Part shown: positions 10,988 to 24,158 of the stretch, piece after piece | Layout: each line of letters begins with the position of its first letter | Position numbering within the stretch: position 1 is the stretch's first letter | Assembly (NCBI GenBank): GCA_002269645.1 | Contig: NIVC01004144.1 | Coordinates: forward strand, 1 to 47,539 | Origin: Macrostomum lignano | Lineage: Eukaryota | Reading direction: 5' to 3' | Length of the DNA stretch: 47,539 nt | Position numbers and translations under genes: made by a program | Notes under the pieces: generated by a model | Told to the model about the DNA's origin: nothing | Database searches by the model: none | What the model saw: the letters and a program-made list of their open reading frames with translations, nothing else

Positions 10988-13007
10988 TCATCGGGCACTT
11001 GCACTTTCTTCGAGCGCAGGCGTGACAAACTTTTCGCACCATAGAATGAACGATTTACACAATCGTCTCGGTGACAACAGTGTTGCACCACGGCCTCGCG
11101 AACCTTGCTTGTGTGGCACCTCGCTTGGTGGTAATCGCGTTATGACGGTATCCATACTGGAGCCTTTGTTTTTTAACGCGTCTTCGAGGTGATGCCGACA
11201 CAGATAGATCCACGGCAATACACGATTGCTATGGAATATTGCAGTGCCCAAGAATGCCAGCTCGCGACTGATTGGCATTATGAAATCGCGCCATCTTCCT
11301 CGCGGAGAATTCGTTTGATTGACCAGCCGCGCAATGTCGGACCAGGTACCTTCTGTTGGTAAATCTGACCAGGAATGTTTCTCGATCATATTAACCAATT
11401 TCAGTAGCCTGTTTCTTACGAGGTCATACTCTTCGACAGACAGGAACAACTCGGTGTATTTTTGTTGTCGCGCATCATCATTCAGATGGTACCGATTGTC
11501 CTGTTGTCGGCTGACTCGTCCGAGTTGCGCCTGTGTGTATTATAAGAGAAGCAAAAATTCATCTTTATGTATCATCATTATCATCATTATCGTTCTTATC
11601 ATCATCAGCATCGTCATCACCACCATCATATGCACAATCATAGTTTATAGTTCTAATCTACACATAATATAGATTATAATTTCAAAAATATAATCAAGCA
11701 AACAAACAAACAAACAAACAGGTACTTACGTAGACAGCATCGATTCGAGGTATTAGAAAAGCAGACACTGTCTTTCGATGGTATAGATTGCTGGGCAACT
11801 TCTTTACTCCGCTGGCTATTCCATGTAATAGTCTGGCCGCGGTAGTGACGTCATCTGCTGCGCCAGTGAATACGATCACGGCAAGTGGATCATCAGTCTC
11901 GCTCACACTGCTGTCGGAACCACCCGCATTGTCATCCGCTTCGTCCTGAATGTCGGCATCGGAACCAGATGACACATCGGCGGCTTGGTCGTTATCAGGC
12001 GGCGCTGGTACGACAATGACTCTGCCTTGCTGCTCCGAATCTGCAGTTTCATTGTCCTTGGCACACTGTTCGATCGCGTCCAATAAGCTGGCAACAATTT
12101 CGTCGTCTGATGTCAGATAGCCTGTTGGTTGTTTAATCGTGAAACAACACCCATTTTTACTCTATAATTAGTACACATCAATAATTGTACAATAATATTA
12201 TGCAATCCTATCTACTGATAGAGAAAAACTGAACGATTAAATATTATTACCTTGAAATTGGCGCACCTTTCGTATCATCGCATCGGTGATGCTGTTGCCG
12301 ACTGAATCACTGTTAGACGATTGATGAACACGGTCGTCGCCAGATGGTCTCTGTTTGAATCGATCCGATCCAACTTGGGTGCCATCGTCTGTGATGTACA
12401 ACTCTTCGACAGACTCGACGACACACGGTCTAACATGATCAGGTGCGGTATTGGTCGACCCGGTTGCGAACTTAGCTGCTGATTGGCGTTCGGTGTTCGA
12501 TGCCGGGGTCACCGTTTGAGCGCGGCGGCGTTCACTGTTGACTGTCTTGGTCGCAGTTTGAAAATTGGAATCCCTGCTTGGTCCAACGTCTACACCGTCG
12601 AGTAAACCACTTGTAGACGGACCAGCTGATAAACTGGCAACCGGTAGTTCAGCAGTCTGTTGAGCAATCACATCTGTCGGGCGTGCGTTTGTTGCGTCAG
12701 GCTTTCGCTTGTATGATCGTTTTATATGTCTTTCGATACATCGAACGACCCGATGGCAATGTGGACACATTGTCATGCCATATGTGTCACCATCGCGCTG
12801 CAGCCTTACCGCCTTCCAGACAGCAATCGCCCTAACAAATATTGGCAACTCGGAAGATGGACCATTCCCTTCTTCCACTGTAGCCAAGTCGAAATTGCGG
12901 ACGAATTCTATATGACGTCTTACTAGATGACGCGCCATACTCCGCTAACTAAACAACTGTGCGCAAACAGGACACGCCGCGTTGTCGTTACGGTGATTGT
13001 CGGCCAT
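10988..13007 (-). pseudogene. Three-exon gene with two spaced C2H2-like fingers, an acidic linker and an unknown C-terminal domain. Exons 13007-12251, 12121-11730, 11530-10988
   Basis: Junction G/GTAATA..caacAG/GC is phase 1 and TAC/GTAAGT..acacAG/GCG is phase 0; together they join three listed ORFs in frame (540 aa from ATG 12938). Upstream ATG 13007 gives CPVCAQLFS*RSMARHLVRRH with TAG at 12947-12945. The second finger is CPHCHRVVRCIERHIKRSY. Confidence 0.75.
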
Positions 13008-13263
13008 TATGTAGACTAGTATAATAATATAATATAAATAAATTTCTAAATTTATAGGCTTATAGCAATTAGGTTATGAACAAAGAATATGCAAAAAAGG
13101 AAGAAAGAATTCCGTATAAGGTTTGTCAATTTAAAATAACAGTCAAAACGCGAGATACAAATTCTTATATCTATGGCAAATAGGTCTAGCTGAGACCGAT
13201 TTTGTACAGGCCTTGGTGTCTGATCCATGGCGGAAAGAATAGAATGGAGTGCTAATCTGAGCC

Positions 13264-13492
13264 AGCTATTTTTATCTCGCTCAATCTCAACTTTTAACAT
13301 CCCTTCCCCCGTTCTTTCCTATCGACTCGCGACTGCCATAGACAAAGTATTTTCCGTCTCGTTTTCGTTCCCCTCTGAAATGTCTACCCCAGCATAGTAT
13401 GAGCTCGCATCAAAATATGCTTTCAGCCAATATGAAGGAACGGGGGCGAAAGGGGTGTTAAAGGCGAAAATCAAGCGAGATAAAAAATATCT
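13264..13492. mobile_element. MITE-like foldback with ~55-bp imperfect inverted ends
   Basis: tatttttatctcgct pairs with agcgagataaaaaata, and tttaacatcccttcccccgttctttc pairs with gaaggaacgggggcgaaaggggtgttaaa. No clear TSD. Confidence 0.6.
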
Positions 13493-13763
13493 CACCAGTG
13501 TTTAACCAATGTTAAAGCATACGAAGTCAAACCGCCAGTGTGTTAAAGTATATAGGTCAAAACGCCAGTATTAAAGCGTACGAGGTCAAAACCCCACCAC
13601 TAAAGCACGAGGGGGGGTGGGGGGGGGTTGAAAACATCACTGCTGAAACATTAGTGTTCAAACCAACAGTGTTAAAGTATCTGGGGTCAAAACATCAATG
13701 TGTTAAAACATAGGAGTAAATCAACCAAGTACACCAATCAATTGCGTCAGCCATGTACAATAG

Positions 13764-14162
13764 CCAAATGCACCGACCAAATGCGCCAGTCAAATGCGCC
13801 GACCAAATGCGCCAGCCAAATGCGCCGACCAAATGCGCCGACCAAATGCACCGACCAACTACGCCGACCAAATGCACCGACCAAATGCGCCGACCAAATG
13901 CGCCGACCAAATGCGCCAGCCATATGCGCCGACCAAATGCGCCGACCAAATGCACCGACCAACTACGCCGACCAACTGCACCGAGTTCTCATTGGCTTGT
14001 CTAATATATAGACCAAATACGCCGACCAAATGCACCGACCAAATACGCCGACCAAATGCGCCGACCAAATGCGCCGACCAAATGCGCCGACCAAATGCGC
14101 CGACCAAATGCGTCAGCCAAATGCGCCGACTGCTGCCAACTGCGCCGACCAAATGCGCCGAC
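13764..14162. repeat. 13-bp minisatellite (gaccaaatgcgcc)
   Basis: Direct reading of the sequence. Confidence 0.95.
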
Positions 14163-15177
14163 GAGTTCTTGTCTATGGCTTGTATATGTGCATTAGGGAA
14201 ATCTGTCACGATAGTGCTGCGTGATAGATGTTCATATATTCTATGGTCTATGGGCTAGGGAAATCCTATTAGGCGAGGGAAATCCGAAATCTAGTGGGCG
14301 CACTTGGCTGACGCGCTTGGCAGCAATCGGCGCAATTGGCGGATTGAATTTTGTCATTTTGCTGAAACCTAAAAAAAACGGTAAATGTCGAAAATTTAGG
14401 CCAGATCAGGGAGCAAGTACTGCAAGAAGTGACACTCGGCATCGCAACAACTCACTGCTTCAACAGAATTGAGTAGGCAACTTTTTTACGGTTTTGGGCT
14501 CTTGAGCTCAGCCAATCAGAGTCGATCTGACCGCCCCCGGCTCGACCAATCAGAAAAGACTGAAGTGCTAATCCTGCTCACAACCTCCAAAGAAACGCTG
14601 GAAATCAATGGATGAATGATTAGACAGAACAGTGTAAATAAAAGCCTTCTAATCCGCATTTCGGTTGTACAAAACGCAGCAGAGTTCCACTACTATGTAT
14701 TAGAAAGTAAAATATATAAGTTAGTTTTAAATATAGAAGGTTAGAAGATGCTAATCCAAATATACTAAAATTACTTAATAGTCTGATTTAACACAATGAA
14801 ACTAAAATTTTCAACTTCTGGTAAGACATAACCAAGGGCACCAACACCAAGGAAGTCGATTAATTTACTAGACCTAGATATCTATTTTTTTCTGGCAATG
14901 TGCAAAATGTCATCCTGATTCATGAGAGCAGAACTATTGATTTAAAGATGCCATGAAGTGGCATTGCTGCTTGCAACAACAATAAAGATTGTGAATTGAT
15001 AAAACCTAAAAGCGAACCTGCCTAGTCCGACTTGCGATGAGAGCGATCACTTTTTGAAATATTTCTTATCAATACAATTTATAACAAATATAGATTAAGC
15101 AATATATATAGTGTGGTAATCAATTTTTATTAGGCAAATCTTGCTATAGAAAGTATTTTACTTTATATATAAAAATA

Positions 15178-15627
15178 TCTTCTTATATCTAAAGCTGAGT
15201 GGACCGGTCGACCGGCCGGGTTTAACGCGTATCTCATCCTAGACGGCTGCCAACTGCGAATGCGGGACTTATATATTTTTTATAAAAGTCTTAGACACCC
15301 AACAATTTTATTTAGTTAAATAGCTTTATGCAAGACGTTACTATAAGTATAGGAAGTAACGAAAGTAATTGCCGAAATGTTTTCGCGACCTATGTAACGT
15401 TCATGTGACGTGTTAGCAGCGTAAATAATTGCTGTGACAGAAGTCGACTTAATGTAACGTTTCTGTGACGCAACGTTGCACGCTGGGTGGTAACACCAGC
15501 TGTACGTGTATTTAGTCCGATTAAAAACGAGTTTTTCGCGGGTATGGACCCGCTTTTTCAAAAAATACGGGCCGTGCGCAAAATCAACCGCACCGCAACG
15601 CACCGGCCTTCGAACGGTAATTTCTAG
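15178..15627 (+). mobile_element. Non-autonomous Helitron-like element (~450 bp)
   Basis: The 5' end is A/TC followed by ...tatatctaaagctga..aacgcg.atctca..acggct. The 3' end has hairpin accg-gccttcgaa-cggt then aatttCTAG/T. Confidence 0.6.
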
Positions 15628-15789
15628 TCACTTCGTCATCTGCCATTTCGTCATCTGGGGTGTCTGGGGTGCTCATCTCGACTAGGGTCACTTCGTCATC
15701 TTAATTAGCATGCACACCTCAAGAGAGTCATTTCGTCATCCGTCGGAAAAAATCAGACGGCAGAGCGCTCGGCCCCGACGAAGTCCCGG

Positions 15790-16205
15790 TCGAAGCGCTG
15801 CGGCTCCGCTATGGCCTCCCAGGCAGGTCACACAGGCGTTACAAACCGCATGCTCGCCGGCGCTCCTGCGCCCACCGAGTGGACCGTCGCGCACATCGTG
15901 CCAATCCCGATCAAGAAGGCAGGGACAACGCGGAAAGAAAACCACCGCGGGAGCTCGCTGATGTCCTGCAACGCGAAGCTCTTCAACCGGCTGCTTCTCG
16001 ATCGTCTGCAGTCGGTGCTGGACCCGTAGCTGGTCATTGTCTTCATTGACTTTCGAAGGGCGTACGTTTGACTCGGTGTTGAGAGCCGCTCTCCCCTTTG
16101 TCCTTCGAGCCTACCGGGTGCCCAGCAGCTAATCGACGCTGTCATGGCGCTGTATTGCGACACTCGAGCTGCTGTGGTGACAGCGAACGGCCTGTCCGGC
16201 CCTCC
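15790..16205 (+). mobile_element. Degenerate RTE-like non-LTR reverse-transcriptase fragment with an internal deletion
   Basis: PTEWTVAHIVPIPIKKAG..NHRGSSLMSCNAKLFNRLLLDRL, followed by VFIDFRRAY and QLIDAVMALYCDTRAAVVTANGLS. Confidence 0.85.
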
Positions 16206-16340
16206 GCAGAGCCAATGCACTGTTGAGTGAAATCTATAAATAGCAATTCTCTATGCAGTTTGCCAGTCAGCCAGGGTCAGAACACAGTAACTGAGCATCT
16301 CCCTTTCATATACTGAAGCTGTCGAATATTTAAATATTTA

Positions 16341-17687
16341 CGAGGTGTATTCAAAAAGTTCTTTTCGGTGCCCTACAAAACTGAACACAAAACAACTGGA
16401 ACTATGAAAACACTGTTAGATTGCTTAACATGATTCGGTCACTCAACATATTCACCGCCAATGTCTTTGCACTTCTGCCAGCGATTTACCAGGCCTCTGA
16501 TTCCGGAACTCACACCACTCGCGTCCGTTTGGCGAACAGCTTGATTGCATGCAGCCTCAATGTGCTCGACGCTGTCGAATCGAATGCCCCGAAGGTGCTT
16601 CTTCACAGATGGAAATAAGAAGAAGTCGCACGGCGACAAATCAGGCGAATAGGCTGGATGTTGGAGCACTTCCCATCCCCATTTGCTCAGGAGTTCCACG
16701 ACGTTGTGCTTGCGATGTGCTGGCGCATTGTCGTGCAGCAGGATCACGCCAGATTCCAGCAGATCAGGGCGCTTCTTTCGTATTGCTGGGCGCAGCTTCT
16801 CCTGCAGAATCCACTTGTAGTAGTCCCCATTGACGGTGGTTCCTTGTGGGACTGCCCAGTTCAGCAGGATTCCTTGGGAATCAAAAAAACATGACGTGCA
16901 TGATCTTCATCGCGCCCTGCTTCCTGATGGCCTTCTGAGGTCTTGGAGAATGTGCTGGAAGCCATTCGGCAGACTGGGCCTTTGTCTCAGGATCCCAGCT
17001 GTAAACCCACGTCTCGTCTCCAGCTACAATTCTTGATAGAAAATCCTCCCCTTCTCGATGGAACCGACGCAGGTGGCTGCTTGAAGCCACAGTTCGCTGC
17101 ATCTTTTGCTCACCTGTCAGCAGGTGTGGCACCCACTTGCAAAACTTTTTCTGCAGGTGAAGACGCTCCGTCAGAATGGTGTGGACGCTTCCTACTGACA
17201 CACCAACGTCTTCTGCCAACTCTTCGCAAGTCCGTCGCCGATCATCATCCAGGAGCTCTTGCACTTTCTTCACAACAGTCTCGTTGGTTGCAGTCATCGG
17301 CCTTCCAGAGCGATCATTGTCCTCAACGCTCTCTCTTCCCTCAGCGAACAGCCGGTACCATTTTCGAACTGTCTGCTCAGTTGGTGCACATTTGCCAAGC
17401 ACTTGCTGAAGCTCCCTAAACATATCCGGTGGCTTTTTTCCTTGCAGAAACTGAAACTTCATCAAGCTTCGAACGTCTTGCTTTGAAAATGATTCAGCCA
17501 TGGCCAAGAAATTGAGTGGTAGCTGATAGAAATGTTCGCTGCTCTAACATAGTTGCAAACTGAGACTTAAAACCCTAGGAACGTTTAGGCCATAGACATA
17601 ACTTGGTGAAATCGCTAAAATTCTGTTTACAAGGCTTTTTAAAAATAAATGCCAAAGGACCGAAAAGAACTTTTTGAATACACCTCG
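16341..17687 (-). mobile_element. Full-length mariner (DD34D) DNA transposon, 1347 bp
   Basis: Perfect 29-bp TIRs cgaggtgtattcaaaaagttcttttcggt at 16341-16369 and 17659-17687, flanked by TA on both sides. Confidence 0.97.
16439..17507 (-). CDS. Mariner transposase, split by one +1 frameshift in a T7 run at ~16883-16889 (355 aa if corrected)
   Basis: Motifs WVPHLL, GDETW, HDNAPAH and YSPDLSPCD are present, with 34 residues between the 2nd and 3rd Asp. Removing one T gives MFFDSQGILLNWAVPQGTTVNGDYYKWIL...ILLHDNA. Confidence 0.93.
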
Positions 17688-17931
17688 TATAGCTCGCAGC
17701 AGCAGCTCAAGAAATTGAAGTTTAGTCTATGGCCATAGACATATTGAGCTCTCACTGCGAGAAAAATACACTAATTAGATACGGAAAATACAGTTTTTCG
17801 AATATTTAATCCCCTTAGCAATGAGCTAGAGCTCATTAAAATAGCCTAAAGCCTGCTCCGGAAAATTTGCAGTTTTCCCATATAAGTTTCAACACTGAGT
17901 TGCCACTATTCAAGGAGGAGTTGTCGAAATG

Positions 17932-17975
17932 ACACACACACACACACACAGACACACACACACACACACACACAC
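17932..17975. repeat. (CA)n microsatellite
   Basis: Direct reading of the sequence. Confidence 0.95.
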
Positions 17976-18597
17976 AAACGTGCACGAGGCACTTATTGGC
18001 CAAGTGTGCAAAAACTTGCACATATTGGGACTGCTCCGACACACGAAAAATCACACACACACACGTCCCCACACAGGCAATTTTCAACCCACCAAATAGA
18101 TTTTTATTGACAACATGCTTTTGGCTTACTGAAAACAGTTGGAAAGCATTTTTCGAGGTGCATTGAACTCACAACAGATTGTACATGTATACTTGTCTAA
18201 AACAGAATTAAAAAACCCTGGTGTCTTGCTGAATTCCACTTAAGGCAATAATATCAGCACGTCAAATTTCACCAGATAATTTCAGCGATCATAGATTATA
18301 GAAGACAGGATGGTAAATGGCAAGGGACTTTAAGGTTATCGAAAACAAACGACATTGACACATATCAAAAAAATTTTACGATCTGAATAAACAAAATTTG
18401 CTACATTTAGTGCCACTGGGAAAAAACAATTCTGTAGCGAAACTCCACTGTTCATAAAAATGTACTTTATTGATTATGACACAATCACTAGAATTACTCA
18501 AAAGGTACATGTCAGCTATTCGGACCCACAGAATGCTACGTAAAAGGATGCGGAAATGAACCACACTATAGCAGAAGCCAGCACACACTATAGTATG

Positions 18598-18737
18598 GGG
18601 CTGTCCCAACAATTCCACCATAGCCAGTGTGGATAGGGCTGTCCCAACAATTCCACCATAGCCAGTGTGGATAGGGCTGTCCCAACAATTCCACCATAGC
18701 CAGTGTGGATAGGGCTGTCCCAACAATTCCAGCATAG
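18598..18737. repeat. 38-bp tandem repeat, ~3.6 copies
   Basis: ctgtcccaacaattcc recurs at 18601, 18639, 18677 and 18715. Confidence 0.95.
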
Positions 18738-18914
18738 CTTGAAAAAGAATATACACAAATACTATAAAAAGCAAATGCTAGAGCTCTACCGCGGTCATTG
18801 CACCGGATTTTATTAGAAACAGACTGCAAAAAATGCGTCCTCTAAATAATATTCCAGTGAAGCACACAACAGTTAATCGGCTTCTCGATTCAGAAAATTA
18901 AAAAAATAACCAGC

Positions 18915-19585
18915 TCCGCCAGAAAACTCATGAATTAACTGACTGCTGCACAGATAGCGGCTGCTGCTGCTGCTGCAGCTTGGCAGCAGCAAGTGAACCA
19001 AATGACGGATGCAGCGGCGAGATCAGAATGCTCGCTGCTGATCGTTAAAGCGCATTCTTGTCTCTTAGGCATGTCGCTGGCGTTGCTGACTTCAGAATCT
19101 GCGAGGAAAAGAAATCAATTAAGATAGGCTTGCTTTAGTAATCATTAATAGGCTATAAAGGAACCCTTTAATAGAACGTGTTCAACTAATGCTGGGTCTG
19201 TTTTGAAAAGTCAGAACTCAGAAGTAGTCGCGATTAGAATCAGTATTGTCCCAATAAGTGCGACCCAACAAATGCTGTTCAAAAAATAGGCCTGGCTGCA
19301 ATGTCCCAATAAATGCCCAACAAATTACTAGCCTTGAGCTAGGCTGGGCTGTGTTTACTATTCTTTGCGTTTGTAGCTTGTGTCCCAACAATGCCACTGA
19401 GATTGTTGCATTGCTTTTGAATTGTGCTCTACCAAGTAACACAAGTACTCTGGTGTACAATACTTCTACAGCAGATAATACTCACCCAAAACAGATCGTC
19501 TCTTTCTCTTTAATCCTGTGCCGGACGGGTTTTCTTCAGATCCACCAGAAAATTCACAAATAGACTGACTGCCTGCACGGATAGC

Positions 19586-19619
<34 letters not shown>

Positions 19620-20239
19620 GCTGCTGCTGCGGCTTGTGAGCAGCAAGTGAACCAAATGACGGATGCAGCGGCGAGATCAGAATGCTCGCTGCTGATCGTT
19701 AAAGCGCATTCTTGTCTCTTAGGCATGTCGCTGGCGTTGCTGACTTCAGAATCTGCGAGGAAAAGAAATCAATTAAGATAGGCTTGCTTTAGTAATCATT
19801 AATAGGCTATAAAGGAACCCTTTAATAGAACGTGTTCAACTAATGCTGGGTCTGTTTTGAAAAGTCAGAACTCAGAAGTAGTCGCGATTAGAATCAGTAT
19901 TGTCCCAATAAGTGCGACCCAACAAATGCTGTTCAAAAAATAGGCCTGGCTGCAATGTCCCAATAAATGCCCAACAAATTACTAGCCTTGAGCTAGGCTG
20001 GGCTGTGTTTACTATTCTTTGCGTTTGTAGCTTGTGTCCCAACAATGCCACTGAGATTGTTGCATTGCTTTTGAATTGTGCTCTACCAAGTAACACAAGT
20101 ACTCTGGTGTACAATACTTCTACAGCAGATAATACTCACCCAAAACAGATCGTCTCTTTCTCTTTAATCCTGTGCCGGACGGGTTTTCTTCAGATCCACC
20201 AGAAAATTCACAAATAGACTGACTGCCTGCACGGATAGC

Positions 20240-20281
<42 letters not shown>

Positions 20282-20890
20282 GCGCTTGTGAGCAGCAAGT
20301 GAACCAAATGACGGATGCAGCGGCGAGATCAGAATGCTCGCTGCTGATCGTTAAAGCGCATTCTTGTCTCTTAGGCATGTCGCTGGCGTTGCTGACTTCA
20401 GAATCTGCGAGGAAAAGAAATCAATTAAGATAGGCTTGCTTTAGTAATCATTAATAGGCTATAAAGGAACCCTTTAATAGAACGTGTTCAACTAATGCTG
20501 GGTCTGTTTTGAAAAGTCAGAACTCAGAAGTAGTCGCGATTAGAATCAGTATTGTCCCAATAAGTGCGACCCAACAAATGCTGTTCAAAAAATAGGCCTG
20601 GCTGCAATGTCCCAATAAATGCCCAACAAATTACTAGCCTTGAGCTAGGCTGGGCTGTGTTTACTATTCTTGCGTTTGTAGCTTGTGTCCCAACAATGCC
20701 ACTGAGATTGTTGCATTGCTTTTGAATTGTGCTCTACCAGGTAACACAAGTACTCTGGTGTACAATACTTCTACAGCAGATAATACTCACCCAAAACAGA
20801 TCGTCTCTTTCTCTTTAATCCTGTGCCGGACGGGTTTTCTTCAGATCCACCAGAAAATTCACAAATAGACTGACTGCCTGCACGGATAGC

Positions 20891-20932
<42 letters not shown>

Positions 20933-21540
20933 GGCTTGTGAGCAGCAAGTGAACCAAATGACGGATGCAGCGGCGAGATCAGAATGCTCGCTGCTGATCG
21001 TTAAAGCGCATTCTTGTCTCTTAGGCATGTCGCTGGCGTGCTGACTTCAGAATCTGCGAGGAAAAGAAATCAATTAAGATAGGCTTGCTTTAGTAATCAT
21101 TAATAGGCTATAAAGGAACCCTTTAATAGAACGTGTTCAACTAATGCTGGGTCTGTTTTGAAAAGTCAGAACTCAGAAGTAGTCGCGATTAGAATCAGTA
21201 TTGTCCCAATAAGTGCGACCCAACAAATGCTGTTCAAAAAATAGGCCTGGCTGCAATGTCCCAATAAATGCCCAACAAATTACTAGCCTTGAGCTAGGCT
21301 GGGCTGTGTTTACTATTCTTTGCGTTTGTAGCTTGTGTCCCAACAATGCCACTGAGATTGTTGCATTGCTTTTGAATTGTGCTCTACCAGGTAACACAAG
21401 TACTCTGGTGTACAATACTTCTACAGCAGATAATACTCACCCAAAACAGATCGTCTCTTTCTCTTTAATCCTGTGCCGGACGGGTTTTCTTCAGATCCAC
21501 CAGAAAATTCACAAATAGACTGACTGCCTGCACGGATAGC

Positions 21541-21579
<39 letters not shown>

Positions 21580-22187
21580 GGCTTGTGAGCAGCAAGTGAA
21601 CCAAATGACGGATGCAGCGGCGAGATCAGAATGCTCGCTGCTGATCGTTAAAGCGCATTCTTGTCTCTTAGGCATGTCGCTGGCGTTGCTGACTTCAGAA
21701 GCTGCGAGGAAAAGAAATCAATTAAGATAGGCTTGCTTTAGTAATCATTAATAGGCTATAAAGGAACCCTTTAATAGAACGTGTTCAACTAATGCTGGGT
21801 CTGTTTTGAAAAGTCAGAACTCAGAAGTAGTCGCGATTAGAATCAGTATTGTCCCAATAAGTGCGACCCAACAAATGCTGTTCAAAAAATAGGCCTGGCT
21901 GCAATGTCCCAATAAATGCCCAACAAATTACTAGCCTTGAGCTAGGCTGGGCTGTGTTTACTATTCATTGCGTTTGTAGCTTGTGTCCCAACAATGCCAC
22001 TGAGATTGTTGCATTGCTTTTGAATTGTGCTCTACAGGTAACACAAGTACTCTGGTGTACAATACTTCTACAGCAGATAATACTCACCCAAAACAGATCG
22101 TCTCTTTCTCTTTAATCCTGTGCCAGACGGGTTTTCTTCAGATCCACCAGAAAATTCACAAATAGACTGACTGCCTGCACGGATAGC

Positions 22188-22223
<36 letters not shown>

Positions 22224-22831
22224 GGCTTGTGAGCAGCAAGTGAACCAAATGACGGATGCAGCGGCGAGATCAGAATGCTCGCTGCTGATCGTTAAAGCGC
22301 ATTCTTGTCTCTTAGGCATGTCGCTGGCGTTGCTGACTTCAGAAGCTGCGAGGAAAAGAAATCAATTAAGATAGGCTTGCTTTAGTAATCATTAATAGGC
22401 TATAAAGGAACCCTTTAATAGAACGTGTTCAACTAATGCTGGGTCTGTTTTGAAAAGTCAGAACTCAGAAGTAGTCGCGATTAGAATCAGTATTGTCCCA
22501 ATAAGTGCGACCCAACAAATGCTGTTCAAAAAATAGGCCTGGCTGCAATGTCCCAATAAATGCCCAACAAATTACTAGCCTTGAGCTAGGCTGGGCTGTG
22601 TTTACTATTCTTTGCGTTTGTAGCTTGTGTCCCAACAATGCCACTGAGATTGTTGCATTGCTTTTGAATTGTGCTCTACCAGGTAACACAAGTACTCTGG
22701 TGTACAATACTTCTACAGCAGATAATACTCACCCAAAACAGATCGTCTCTTTCTCTTTAATCCTGTGCCGACGGGTTTTCTTCAGATCCACCAGAAAATT
22801 CACAAATAGACTGACTGCCTGCACGGATAGC

Positions 22832-22864
<33 letters not shown>

Positions 22865-23471
22865 GGCTTGTGAGCAGCAAGTGAACCAAATGACGGATGC
22901 AGCGGCGAGATCAGAATGCTCGCTGCTGATCGTTAAAGCGCATTCTTGTCTCTTAGGCATGTCGCTGGCGTTGCTGACTTCAGAAGCTGCGAGGAAAAGA
23001 AATCAATTAAGATAGGCTTGCTTTAGTAATCATTAATAGGCTATAAAGGAACCCTTTAATAGAACGTGTTCAACTAATGCTGGGTCTGTTTTGAAAAGTC
23101 AGAACTCAGAAGTAGTCGCGATTAGAATCAGTATTGTCCCAATAAGTGCGACCCAACAAATGCTGTTCAAAAAATAGGCCTGGCTGCAATGTCCCAATAA
23201 ATGCCCAACAAATTACTAGCCTTGAGCTAGGCTGGGCTGTGTTTACTATTCTTGCGTTTGTAGCTTGTGTCCCAACAATGCCACTGAGATTGTTGCATTG
23301 CTTTTGAATTGTGCTCTACCAGGTAACACAAGTACTCTGGTGTACAATACTTCTACAGCAGATAATACTCACCCAAAACAGATCGTCTCTTTCTCTTTAA
23401 TCCTGTGCCGACGGGTTTTCTTCAGATCCACCAGAAAATTCACAAATAGACTGACTGCCTGCACGGATAGC

Positions 23472-23507
<36 letters not shown>

Positions 23508-24114
23508 GGCTTGTGAGCAGCAAGTGAACCAAATGACGGATGCAGCGGCGAGATCAGAATGCTCGCTGCTGATCGTTAAAGCGCATTCTTGTCTCTTAGG
23601 CATGTCGCTGGCGTTGCTGACTTCAGAAGCTGCGAGGAAAAGAAATCAATTAAGATAGGCTTGCTTTAGTAATCATTAATAGGCTATAAAGGAACCCTTT
23701 AATAGAACGTGTTCAACTAATGCTGGGTCTGTTTTGAAAAGTCAGAACTCAGAAGTAGTCGCGATTAGAATCAGTATTGTCCCAATAAGTGCGACCCAAC
23801 AAATGCTGTTCAAAAAATAGGCCTGGCTGCAATGTCCCAATAAATGCCCAACAAATTACTAGCCTTGAGCTAGGCTGGGCTGTGTTTACTATTCTTGCGT
23901 TTGTAGCTTGTGTCCCAACAATGCCACTGAGATTGTTGCATTGCTTTTGAATTGTGCTCTACAGGTAACACAAGTACTCTGGTGTACAATACTTCTACAG
24001 CAGATAATACTCACCCAAAACAGATCGTCTCTTTCTCTTTAATCCTGTGCCGGACGGGTTTTCTTCAGATCCACCAGAAAATTCACAAATAGACTGACTG
24101 CCTGCACGGATAGC

Positions 24115-24158
<44 letters not shown>

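Noticed and set aside
13695-14258. CADQMRRPNAPTK repeat proteins
   Set aside because: The 13-bp unit cycles through all frames and is open on both strands.
14505-14555. Histone-type promoter (two CCAAT boxes and a GC box)
   Set aside because: No downstream gene is identifiable, and such short motifs arise by chance.
18598-18737. 38-bp repeat as a CRISPR array
   Set aside because: The repeats are contiguous with no unique spacers, there are no cas genes, and the context is eukaryotic.
18778-18806. Helitron 3' end on the minus strand
   Set aside because: A hairpin and CTAG are present, but CTAG is not followed by T and I found no matching 5' end.
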